DNA of 64,000 nt. Source: Candidatus Poribacteria bacterium. Lineage in GTDB: Bacteria; Poribacteria; WGA-4E; WGA-3G. The DNA is taken from assembly GCA_965215265.1 (NCBI GenBank), contig OZ244048.1:2784001-2848000 (forward strand), given 5' to 3'. Made by a program: the position numbers and the translations under genes. Below the pieces are notes generated by a model, which had not been told where the DNA came from, ran no database searches, and saw nothing but the letters and a program-made list of their open reading frames with translations. This document shows, piece by piece, positions 17,990-27,146 of the stretch. Position 1 is the stretch's first letter. Each line of letters begins with the position of its first letter.

Positions 17990-19861
17990 TTAATCCGAAA
18001 CCCGCCAAAGTCCCCTACCCAAACGGGCCCCTAAAAGTACGCCGATAAAGGTATAGGCGAAACCTTCAACAAAAATACGTAGAAACATATACCATTCCGC
18101 ATAGAACAATCGATAGAAGACGATTGAGAGTTGGAAATCAACATAAACAGCGAGCGCATCGCAAATTCCCAACGCGACTGCCCACGCCAATAAACCACGG
18201 TGCTGCACAAACCAGAATCCTGTTTCAAGCAACAGCACGCTTGTACTCGTATAGATAATCATCATCGGGGTAAAAAGCCCAAACGTGATACCCCCGAGTA
18301 GCAACCCAACAGCAGAAACCAGGAGGATTACCCCCGGTTTACCGCCGCCGGTGCCCCTCTTCCCTCTCGGTTCCCCACCGATATAGAATAACAGCGCAGT
18401 CAATAGGGCATAGTAGAACGTCTCGTTAACCAGACCCGTCAGCAGCACAGAGACAGGACCCAGTACAGAACGGATCAGATTCATGAAGAGCGTTGACGGA
18501 ATAATAACGCATACAAACACAGTCGCACCGAAAAGCGCGATGACAATCAGCTGTTTTGTTGAGAACAGCGAAAAAAAACGGGTGTGAAATCGGAGCACCA
18601 CTCCTAATCCGATAATGCTCACCATCACTGCTGCCCCAGTCACAAACAATGCATGGCGATTGGGTATAATAATCTGAAGCGGACGTTCTGCGCGCAGCAC
18701 CGTAGTCCGACTGCCCCAGATCTTCACCTCAATCTCACGTTTGTAGTCGCCTGCCTGCGCGGCCACCATATCCAAATAAATCGGTAAGGGAATAGAGCTT
18801 AGCATTTGCGGTGGTAGGCTCGCAAAAGCGACGCTCCTGTCCGTCCCTGCGTTAACCGCATCGGGGGGCGTGAGAAACGGCACCGTCTCTCCGCTGTTTG
18901 CATCACGGTTAATAGCAGAAATAACAACATGGATAGTCTCCTGCCCATGATTGTGGAGTTTCACCGTTTGGTATGCCACCGGCTCATAAGCATCAATTGA
19001 GAGATGCCGCCATCGGCCGAGAACCGGCTGGGCATGATAGAGGGTATCCGTGCGCTGCCGTGCATCCACAACGCCCACTGCATCCGTAGGCATCTGAACC
19101 GATTCAATTGAAAGCAATCCGCCAATCTCCTCCACCGTTGCTGAACGCACACGCAATTGCACCTGCTGCTCCCACGTCTCATCCCCTTCAAACCTAACCC
19201 TACCACGAATTGTGGTGTTGTTAGAATTATCCGAAACTTCATGGATTTTCAGCACCAATTCACTATACCAGACCTCGCCGGCGACAGTAAATGTCCCGGA
19301 AGTTGATAAGCAGATTTGCTCATCAAGCGTCTCTTCTATCCAACCTTTTGGAAGTGAAACCACTGTAATTGCTTGCGGTAGACAGAGCTGAACACGAAAG
19401 TCAGCATTCACGTCTGCGTTCCCATTTTTCAAAAGCACCGTCGCCGTCACGTCACTGTTGTGGAGTACAAGAGATGCAGGGGGCGTAGACTGTGAGTGTG
19501 TCACCGCCGCCCCGTACGGAATTGAGATTTCCAGACTGCCGCGCGTCTGCACCTGGGGCGCGGTAACTGTTCGAACGCTGATATCGGAATTCGCGAGCAC
19601 TATCTCAAACCGATAGCGCTCGCCTTCGCGCCACTCAAAATAAAGCGATTCCACCTGACGAGGCGGCACAGGAAAATCAAGCCGCGCCACCTTCATACCC
19701 TCACGATTAAAAGCTGCAACGCTTTTGACTGAGGATGGAATGTGAAGCTTTGCCCCCAGTGGAAAAAACTCTATTTTCCATACAAGAGGTGTCTCTTTTC
19801 CTTTTTCACCACAACCCAATAGGAGTAGAGGGAAAAAGAGACACAATACCGATTTTCCCAT
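17990..19861 (-). CDS. lipoprotein with large extracytoplasmic domain fused to a C-terminal ECF S-component-like membrane domain
   Basis: Lipobox LLLGC; beta-rich domain; about 6-7 C-terminal TM helices starting FSTKQLIVIALFG and containing KPG, typical of S components. Confidence 0.65.
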   Translation of the reverse strand: MGKSVLCLFFPLLLLGCGEKGKETPLVWKIEFFPLGAKLHIPSSVKSVAAFNREGMKVARLDFPVPPRQVESLYFEWREGERYRFEIVLANSDISVRTVTAPQVQTRGSLEISIPYGAAVTHSQSTPPASLVLHNSDVTATVLLKNGNADVNADFRVQLCLPQAITVVSLPKGWIEETLDEQICLSTSGTFTVAGEVWYSELVLKIHEVSDNSNNTTIRGRVRFEGDETWEQQVQLRVRSATVEEIGGLLSIESVQMPTDAVGVVDARQRTDTLYHAQPVLGRWRHLSIDAYEPVAYQTVKLHNHGQETIHVVISAINRDANSGETVPFLTPPDAVNAGTDRSVAFASLPPQMLSSIPLPIYLDMVAAQAGDYKREIEVKIWGSRTTVLRAERPLQIIIPNRHALFVTGAAVMVSIIGLGVVLRFHTRFFSLFSTKQLIVIALFGATVFVCVIIPSTLFMNLIRSVLGPVSVLLTGLVNETFYYALLTALLFYIGGEPRGKRGTGGGKPGVILLVSAVGLLLGGITFGLFTPMMIIYTSTSVLLLETGFWFVQHRGLLAWAVALGICDALAVYVDFQLSIVFYRLFYAEWYMFLRIFVEGFAYTFIGVLLGARLGRGLWRVSD

Positions 19862-19871
19862 ATCGTTATAC

Positions 19872-21119
19872 CTACTTCGGGCTATCGAAGGAATTTGCCA
19901 CTAACACAAGATCGCGAATATCAACCACTTCATCCATGTTGATATCAGCGAGTATCGCCTGTCCCTGTTCGCCCAGATATCGGCTCACAATGAAAAGATC
20001 TGCAGTGTCAATAAAGCCATCGTCATTGACATCTTCAGCCCTCGGCACAATCTGTGCAATTCCTATAATAGAGGCCCCCGGACCGACTTGATACGTTTGA
20101 CGGAGCGTCTCATCGGCTCCCATAATGCGCACCATATCCTGGCCGCCGCCAGTCCAATCTGGATAGGTGATATAGAGGCTCCCATCTGCCGTGAAAGCCA
20201 TACCGGAGCCGCCACCGAAATCAACAAGCGCATCCGCTTTATCGCGAACCCATCTTTCTGTGACTAAATCATAGATGAGAAGCCCCGGTGCCGGCCAGCC
20301 ACCTTGGATAAACAGCTTCTCTTCCGAATTGAGAGCAAAACTACCCGGTGCCATCTTAAGCGGTACTGTTTTGCGAACCTCAGCCGTGGCTGCATCAATC
20401 AGCACCAGATTTCCTGGGATGAGATTGTAATCGCCTATTGTTTTGACAATCACGGTATTCTCTCCATCGTTGAGAATACCACCTGCATTTGTCGGCATGG
20501 CGATGGACTTGAGAACAGTGTCTGTCTCGGTATCAATTACCGTCAGACTGCTATCGTGATAGTTAACTTTACGTGCCTCTGCATCGTACTCCCACGCAGG
20601 ATTGGTAATGTACGCCTTACCGTCCAGAACAGTTATCCCTGTCGGTTTGTTGAAAGGTCCCGTAATGGTTTTGGTCACATTCCGATTAGCAATGTCTATG
20701 ACATGTACTTCATGCACAGCGTCACACGTCACGTACATCCTGTTAACATCTACAAAAGCGAGACTCTGCGGTTGTGCACCTGCACGAATCGGAATTTCGC
20801 CCACAATCTCTCGCCGCTGAAGATTGATAATTAAGATGTTATTGCTATAAACGTTAGGAATATATGCGAGATGTCCCCGAATGAGCAAATCGCTCGGGAC
20901 ATTGCCCAGGGGAATAATCTGATTGTCAACAGCACGTTTCTCATTCGGTTCCATTAAATCTATAATTGAGAGAGATGTGGTAATACCCAACTCAGGGTGA
21001 GTCAGTGCGTTTACAACAACACCAAGATGCTGAACCTCTGCCTGTCCCAAAGCAGCACCAGCAAGCAGAATGAACAGGATACTACACGCTATGCATGTTT
21101 TAAAAAAACTTGTTTTCAT
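19872..21119 (-). CDS. YncE-type beta-propeller with C-terminal dockerin-like domain (BtuG-like candidate B12 binder)
   Basis: GGAGG RBS before MKTSFF at 21119; signal peptide; YVTN-like blades (KAYITN, LTVIDTETDTV); C-terminal EDVNDDGFIDTADL...ADINMDEVVDIRDLVLVA. Confidence 0.75.
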   Translation of the reverse strand: MKTSFFKTCIACSILFILLAGAALGQAEVQHLGVVVNALTHPELGITTSLSIIDLMEPNEKRAVDNQIIPLGNVPSDLLIRGHLAYIPNVYSNNILIINLQRREIVGEIPIRAGAQPQSLAFVDVNRMYVTCDAVHEVHVIDIANRNVTKTITGPFNKPTGITVLDGKAYITNPAWEYDAEARKVNYHDSSLTVIDTETDTVLKSIAMPTNAGGILNDGENTVIVKTIGDYNLIPGNLVLIDAATAEVRKTVPLKMAPGSFALNSEEKLFIQGGWPAPGLLIYDLVTERWVRDKADALVDFGGGSGMAFTADGSLYITYPDWTGGGQDMVRIMGADETLRQTYQVGPGASIIGIAQIVPRAEDVNDDGFIDTADLFIVSRYLGEQGQAILADINMDEVVDIRDLVLVANSFDSPK

Positions 21120-21135
21120 TAAAACCTCCGTAATG

Positions 21136-21171
21136 AAACAAAAATCCCTGCTTTCGTCAGGGAAAACAGGG
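21136..21171 (-). terminator. intrinsic terminator in the riboswitch expression platform
   Basis: Minus strand CCCTGTTTTC-CCTGAC-GAAAGCAGGG followed by ATTTTTGTTT, between the aptamer and the first RBS. Confidence 0.65.
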
Positions 21172-21269
21172 GCAACTTGGAGGCACGAACGCTTTTGCAA
21201 AGCGAAATTGCACATATCAATAGCACGTGCTGTTCCACTGCTCTCCCGCGAAAGCAATAGTGTGAACAC

Positions 21270-21445
21270 GACTCAGGCAGGTCTCCTGACTTCCGATCTT
21301 TCCGCTCCACCTTCCCATCAAACTGATAGTGGTTTTGAAGCGGATACTTTGCCCTTTTGGCAAAAAATCGTTCACAGTGGCGGGGCCGTGGCGGTTTCTC
21401 ACCGCGCTTCCCTATTCTCCGTAAAACGGCACCTGAACCGTAATG
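21270..21445 (-). ncRNA. cobalamin (B12) riboswitch
   Basis: Minus strand reads AGGTGC...AATAGGGAAGCGCGGTGAGAAACCGCCACGGCCCCGCCACTGTGA...CCACT...TGGGAAGG...AGTCAGGAGACCTGCC (B12 box). Confidence 0.95.
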
Positions 21446-21466
21446 TATTCAATTGTTATCAGGTAT

Positions 21467-21495
21467 ATTATATCACATTATAGTCCTTTTTGCAA
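21467..21495 (-). promoter_or_regulatory. promoter of the B12-riboswitch operon
   Basis: TTGCAA-17-TATAAT with extended TG, about 25 nt upstream of the aptamer. Confidence 0.7.
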
Positions 21496-21541
21496 TTCTT
21501 TTTTTCATATTCCCAAATTCAGGCACCGATAGTTAATCAAC

Positions 21542-22306
21542 TTAATCCTGTGGTACTACGTCGGCGTAGGTGATATAAGTGGGGTGCGTGTTTTTGGAGT
21601 GAATGCCGTCGTCAGCGGCAGGCGGAATTTCTCTTTGGACGATTTGTCCCGGGCGAGCGTGAATCGGCGAAGTGAACATGGGGCCATCTATAACGCATGT
21701 GTGAAACTCGCCGTTTTCACCAAGTGCATCCACGCCATCCGGTAGGTCCGCGAGGAATTGCCGGTCGAACCATCTCCCCACAAATTCACTTGCTAACTTG
21801 ACAGGATTCGCGCACGTTATCATGGCACGCATGCCAGCGGCAATCATCCTCTCTGCCAATTGGGTGGTGTCTGTGCCCCATATCGGGAAAAGCGGGGTAA
21901 AACCGGTCCCGCTGAGATTGTCTTCGCGGTAACGCCGGATGTCTTCTAAGAAAAGATCGCCGAACGCGAAATGCGATACGCCCAAATCTTCTGGCAATGC
22001 CTGAATTTGTGTCAGGAAATGGCGCATAGCGGCTTCATATTGAGCGTTGGAACACGGAAACGGAATCCGTATCTCATAGAGCGGAACACCCAATTTTTCG
22101 GATTGCTGTTTCAGTACCCAGCGCGGTGTAGCGTGGATGGAAACGCGTTCAAACGTCTCAGTCACGGTGGTAAAAATACCACGTACATCGTAGCGCTCAG
22201 ACTGTTGACGAAGGGTATGGAGTGCCCAGGCCGAGTCTTTGCCTGAAGACCAAGAAACTAAAACCGGGATAGGCTGTATAGCATTAGTGATAGTAGTTGT
22301 GCTCAT
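21542..22306 (-). CDS. adenine nucleotide alpha-hydrolase, diphthamide-synthase-like (PP-loop) family
   Basis: SWSSGKDS, FGDLFLEDIRRYRE and GENGEFHT motifs. Confidence 0.88.
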   Translation of the reverse strand: MSTTTITNAIQPIPVLVSWSSGKDSAWALHTLRQQSERYDVRGIFTTVTETFERVSIHATPRWVLKQQSEKLGVPLYEIRIPFPCSNAQYEAAMRHFLTQIQALPEDLGVSHFAFGDLFLEDIRRYREDNLSGTGFTPLFPIWGTDTTQLAERMIAAGMRAMITCANPVKLASEFVGRWFDRQFLADLPDGVDALGENGEFHTCVIDGPMFTSPIHARPGQIVQREIPPAADDGIHSKNTHPTYITYADVVPQD

Positions 22307-22448
22307 GACTGCATCTTTTTCTTTGTTGTTTTCGTCATCTTCAATTCCTATCCTTTTAGAAGCTCATATCCGATATGAACCTCACTTGTATGATACCGAA
22401 CTTCAGATTTGGATGTCAACTTTAAAATCTGTACATTGAGGAAAAAAT

Positions 22449-22477
22449 TTGACAACACGCACGAAATGTGGTATTAT
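22449..22477 (+). promoter_or_regulatory. promoter of the hisI-trpEG operon
   Basis: TTGACA-17-TATTAT with extended TG. Confidence 0.7.
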
Positions 22478-22512
22478 AATTAAGAGTCATAAAAAGTAAA
22501 TAAGCAACAAAC

Positions 22513-22590
22513 ATGCTATTTTCAGATTTACACCTCAGTTTGCATAGCACCACTCACAATTGGCATTGGTGGCGTTTCCAATTCCGATAA
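22513..22590 (+). CDS. trpL: attenuator leader peptide MLFSDLHLSLHSTTHNWHWWRFQFR (His/Trp-rich)
   Basis: 25-codon ORF between the promoter and a terminator; W-H-W-W-R cluster plus three more His; absent from the ORF track because it is short. Confidence 0.8.
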   Translation: MLFSDLHLSLHSTTHNWHWWRFQFR

Positions 22591-22644
22591 GGGGAGTGTG
22601 CGCGCAAACGAAACTGATACTGATTCTGGACTGCTTTTTTTTAC

Positions 22645-22688
22645 ACCTTATGCACACGAACCCTCGTGGTATAAGGTTTTTGTTTTTT
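22645..22688 (+). terminator. attenuator terminator
   Basis: ACCTTATGCACACGA-ACCC-TCGTGGTATAAGGT followed by TTTTGTTTTTT, just before the hisI RBS. Confidence 0.8.
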
Positions 22689-22705
22689 AACATAGGAGGA
22701 TCCGC

Positions 22706-23086
22706 ATGAGAATTTTATCAGAACTCAAATTTGACCGTGATGGGTTAGTTGCCGCTATCATTCAGGATCACACCAATAATCAAGTCCTGATGCTCGGTTA
22801 TATGAACACAGACGCAATAAAAGAGACGTTAAGCACCGGGCGTGTCTGCTTCTGGAGCCGCTCACGCCAGAAACTCTGGATAAAGGGGGAGACCTCAGGG
22901 CACACCCAAACCGTAAAATCCATCGCTGTTGACTGTGATGGCGATGCCTTACTTATAAAGGTCGAGCAGAAGGTAGCAGCATGTCATGCCGGCTATCGTT
23001 CTTGCTTCTTTCGGGAAGTCTCCCCCAACGGTCAATCGACACAGATTATAGGAGAAAAGATTTTTGAAGCAGATAGCGTGTATTAA
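22706..23086 (+). CDS. hisI: phosphoribosyl-AMP cyclohydrolase
   Basis: [34 protein letters not shown] and [10 protein letters not shown] motifs. Confidence 0.96.
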   Translation: MRILSELKFDRDGLVAAIIQDHTNNQVLMLGYMNTDAIKETLSTGRVCFWSRSRQKLWIKGETSGHTQTVKSIAVDCDGDALLIKVEQKVAACHAGYRSCFFREVSPNGQSTQIIGEKIFEADSVY

Positions 23087-23141
23087 CCAACGCACTCCGG
23101 GCTGACGCAGAGAGCCCGGAGGCTACGTCAAAGGAACCACC

Positions 23142-24635
23142 ATGTATTATCCAACGCTTGAAGAATTTAGAGAAAAAGCCACAGCAGGAAACACCGTCCC
23201 AGTCTACCGGCCGATTCTGGCAGACATGGAGACCCCGGTTTCCGCGTTCTATAAATTGATGCCTAATGACTTTGCGTTCCTCCTTGAGAGCGTTGAGGGG
23301 GGCGAAAACGTCGCACGCTACTCTTTTTTGGGGAGCCAGCCGTCAGTGCTTTTCCACAGTAAGGGGCAACACGTCACGATCGAGCATCTCTCAAAAGGCG
23401 AGACCGTCTCACAAGAACATACAGACCCGTTAAAGGCGCTTGAAGATTTGATGCATCACTACCAACCCGTCAAAGTGGATGGGTTACCACAATTCCACGG
23501 TGGCGCTGTCGGCTATATCAGTTATGACATGGTACGTTTTGTTGAGGAACTCCCTGATGAGACAACTGATGAGTTAGAACTTCCAGATTGCTTCTTCATG
23601 ATCGCGGAGACGCTTCTCGTGTTTGACCATGTGAATCATCAAATTAAGGTTGTCGCGAATGCTCAGATTGACGGCGAAGTCGACGCAGCTTACACGGAGG
23701 CGATCGCTACGATTGAGGGAATAGTTGAGAGACTAAAATCGACACCCAATAGGAACGAGCCACAGCGCATCCTACCTGCTTCAGCAGAAACCCCACAAAG
23801 CACCGTCAAATCTAATTTTAGCAAGTCTGATTACAAAAGAGCAGTAGAACGCGCGAAGGAATACATAACCGCAGGCGACATCATACAGGTGGTGCCATCT
23901 CAGCGCCTCAGCCGTCAATTATCCGTTGAGCCCTTTGATGTCTATCGAGCGTTGCGAGTTGTGAACCCTTCGCCCTATATGTACTACCTCAAGTTTGACA
24001 GTTTTGACATCGTCGGTGCATCGCCAGAGATGATGGTGCGCGTAGAAGATCGCCTTGTCCAAACGCGCCCGATTGCAGGCACGCTTCCACGTGGCAAAAC
24101 CGCCGAAGAAGACAAAGAATTGGAGCGCCAACTCATCAACGACCCGAAGGAACGAGCAGAACACGTTATGCTCGTCGATCTTGGCAGAAACGACCTCGGC
24201 AGAGTGTGCGAATACCACACCGTCGAAGTCACAGATTTGATGATAGTCGAACGGTTCTCACATGTGATGCACATCGTCTCACACGTTATCGGACAACTCC
24301 GCGCAGAGCTCTCTGCTTTTGATGTCATCAGGGCGTGTCTCCCTGCGGGAACGCTGTCCGGTGCGCCTAAGATACGTGCAATGGAAATCATCGATGAACT
24401 TGAGCCAACGCGCCGGGGACCCTATGGCGGCGCTGTCGGATACTTCAGTTTCTCTGGGAGTGCAGATACCGCCATTACGATTCGAACCGCTGTGATAAAA
24501 GAACGTGTCGCTTACGTCCAGGCCGGCGGGGGAATCGTCGCCGATTCTGTCCCAGAAACGGAGTATTATGAGACTATGAACAAGGCACACGCCTTGCTCA
24601 GGGCCATTGATATTGCCGAAAAAGGGTTGCTATAA
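23142..24635 (+). CDS. trpE: anthranilate synthase component I
   Basis: FLLESVEGGE, NPSPYMY, RPIAGT, KERAEHVMLVDLGRND and GTLSGAPKIRAM motifs. Confidence 0.95.
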   Translation: MYYPTLEEFREKATAGNTVPVYRPILADMETPVSAFYKLMPNDFAFLLESVEGGENVARYSFLGSQPSVLFHSKGQHVTIEHLSKGETVSQEHTDPLKALEDLMHHYQPVKVDGLPQFHGGAVGYISYDMVRFVEELPDETTDELELPDCFFMIAETLLVFDHVNHQIKVVANAQIDGEVDAAYTEAIATIEGIVERLKSTPNRNEPQRILPASAETPQSTVKSNFSKSDYKRAVERAKEYITAGDIIQVVPSQRLSRQLSVEPFDVYRALRVVNPSPYMYYLKFDSFDIVGASPEMMVRVEDRLVQTRPIAGTLPRGKTAEEDKELERQLINDPKERAEHVMLVDLGRNDLGRVCEYHTVEVTDLMIVERFSHVMHIVSHVIGQLRAELSAFDVIRACLPAGTLSGAPKIRAMEIIDELEPTRRGPYGGAVGYFSFSGSADTAITIRTAVIKERVAYVQAGGGIVADSVPETEYYETMNKAHALLRAIDIAEKGLL

Positions 24636-24716
24636 ATGCCCATTCTCCTCGACAACAGCAAGCACCCTGGTCCGAGCAGTGAGTAGAAATTGATTCCACG
24701 GAGGACATAACATAAA

Positions 24717-25280
24717 ATGGTCTTAATGATTGACAACTACGATTCATTCACCTATAACCTCGTGCAGTATCTTGGCGAGCTAGGCGCAGAACTACACGTC
24801 CACCGCAGTAAAAAAGTCACGCTGGACAAATTGGACGCACTCGCACCAGAACGAATTGTCATCTCACCAGGACCCTGCACACCCAAAGAAGCCGGCATCT
24901 CCAACGATGTCATACGACACTTCGCCGGACAAGTCCCGATTTTGGGCGTTTGCCTCGGGCACCAGTGCATCGGAGACGTTTTCGGCGGCGAGGTAGTACG
25001 GGCTGAGCGGTTAATGCACGGAAAAACTTCTATGATAGAACACGACGGGAACGAGTTATTCAAAAACTTGGATAACCCGTTTGAGGCAACACGTTATCAT
25101 TCACTAATTGTCAAAAAGGAGACGCTACCAGAATCCCTAAAGATTACTGCATGGACAGCCCTGGATGAAATTATGGGGTTACGACATAAGACGCTGCCGA
25201 TCTGGGGGGTGCAGTTTCATCCAGAGTCGATTTTAACAACTGCCGGGAAAGACCTCTTGCAGAATTTTTTGAGATTGTAA
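24717..25280 (+). CDS. trpG: anthranilate synthase component II (glutamine amidotransferase)
   Basis: [22 protein letters not shown] and QFHPES motifs; follows trpE. Confidence 0.92.
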   Translation: MVLMIDNYDSFTYNLVQYLGELGAELHVHRSKKVTLDKLDALAPERIVISPGPCTPKEAGISNDVIRHFAGQVPILGVCLGHQCIGDVFGGEVVRAERLMHGKTSMIEHDGNELFKNLDNPFEATRYHSLIVKKETLPESLKITAWTALDEIMGLRHKTLPIWGVQFHPESILTTAGKDLLQNFLRL

Positions 25281-25509
25281 ACACTATCCACGATAAGGAG
25301 ACAGACACAAAGCACAGGAGGAACGTTCACGTTGAGGCAATAGCGATACAGCGATACATTGAACTCACGCTCTTAAGCTTGGTGATGCTATGCCAGCAGC
25401 GATATAATCTGTGAGATAACGAACAAGAAAAATATTGCTCTGTTTTCTATAAGCTGCTATAATTGCCACAGATGTCAAATCCCCTCAAAAAAAACAAGGA
25501 GCATGAACA

Positions 25510-27146
25510 TTGCCAAAAAACACGACTTCACTCGCTGCAACCCAAACTACACTGCTATTTCCGCCTGCAGACGAGCAACATTTGAACATAGCCACGCTTG
25601 AGACGTGGCTGTGGGATGCCGCTTGTGTGATTCGCGGCGCGACTGATGCCCCGAAATTCAAGGATTTTATCCTGCCCCTGATCTTCTACAAGCGGCTTTC
25701 GATGTGTTCGACGATGAATTTGCCAAACAGGTTGAGGAGTTCGGTGATGAAGAATCCGCACGCGACATCATCGCAACCGACCATGGGGATGCACTCAGGA
25801 ACGATCGGGCACCGATTGTCCGTTTTTACATCCCGCAAAGTTATCATTGGGATGCGCTTCGCAGCCACCCTGCAGATGGGCACTTAGGCGAATTTCTCAC
25901 CGAAGCGATGCGGGAGGTGGCACGGCTGAATCCGCTGTTGCAAGGTGTGCTTGATGTGAAAGACTTCAACGAAACACAGAGCGGCCAGCGTACCCTTGGC
26001 GACGACCGGCTGGCGCAACTCATTGAAGTGATGAGCCGGTATCGACTTGGGCTGCAAGATACAGAGCCGGATATCCTCGGGCGTGCGTATGAATACTTGT
26101 TGCGGAAGTTTGCCGAAGGACAGGGGCAGAGCGCGGGCGAGTTCTATACCCCAAAAGAGGTCGGATGGCTGATGGCAAAACTGATTAACCCGGCCCCTTA
26201 TACGACGATTTACGACCCGGCGTGCGGTTCTGGCGGGCTGCTTATCAAACCGCGTTTGTTATTTGAGCAGGCACACCCGGATAAAAAGAGCCAAGCTCCT
26301 CAAATCTATGGGCAAGAGTCGAATGCTACTACCTACGCCATGGCGAAGATGAACGCCTTTCTGCACGATTTTATCGGCGCGGATTTTCGCATCGGCGATA
26401 CCTTCCGCAATCCGCGCTTTGTTACCGACGGCACCGCACTACAACGCTTCGATTATGTCCTCGCCAATCCGATGTGGAATCAAGATAGTATGACGAAAAC
26501 CTTTTACGCGAATGATAGCTGGCGGCGGTTTCAGGACGGAATACCGCCCAATTCCTCAGCAGATTGGGCATGGGTGCAGCACATGCTCAACTCACTGAAA
26601 GGGAACGGACGCGCCGCGATTGTGTTGGATACCGGGGCAGTCTCCCGAGGGTCCGGCGCTAAACAGAAGAATAAAGAGCGCGACATCCGCAAAGCGTTTG
26701 TGGAGAACGACCTGATCGAAGGCGTGCTCCTTTTACCCGACGACCTGTTTTACAATACGGGCTCGCCGGGTATCATCTTGCTGCTGAACCGCAACAAACC
26801 GCCAGAACGCAACGCGCAAATCCTGCTGATCAACCTTTCCAAATATTTCGTCAAGCAGGATCCTAAAAACGTGCTAACCGATGAAGGGATTGATGCGGCA
26901 ACGGAAGTCTATCGGGCGTGGGAGTCCCGTAACAAGTTGAGCCGTGTCATCACGTTAGAAGATGCGCGAAAAACTGATTACAACCTGAATCCTTCGCAGT
27001 TTGTAGACTTGAGCGATAGAGTCGAACACCGTCCTATCTCTGATATTCTGGCAGACTTCACGGAGACGCGTATGGCTCGCGAAAAGGCGGATAAGGCGTT
27101 GGAAGAGGTGTTGACACGCCTCGGACTCAATACGCGGAGGGGGTAA
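25510..27146 (+). pseudogene. hsdM: type I R-M methyltransferase, frameshifted at about 25700
   Basis: [14 protein letters not shown]...FYKRLS continues as DVFDDE in another frame (CTT TC GAT GTG, 1 nt missing). Motifs GEFYTP, YDPACGSGG and NPMWN are present. Confidence 0.85.

Noticed and set aside
21120-21269. 5' extension of the propeller ORF
   Set aside because: It runs through the riboswitch expression platform; RBS and signal peptide support the start at 21119.
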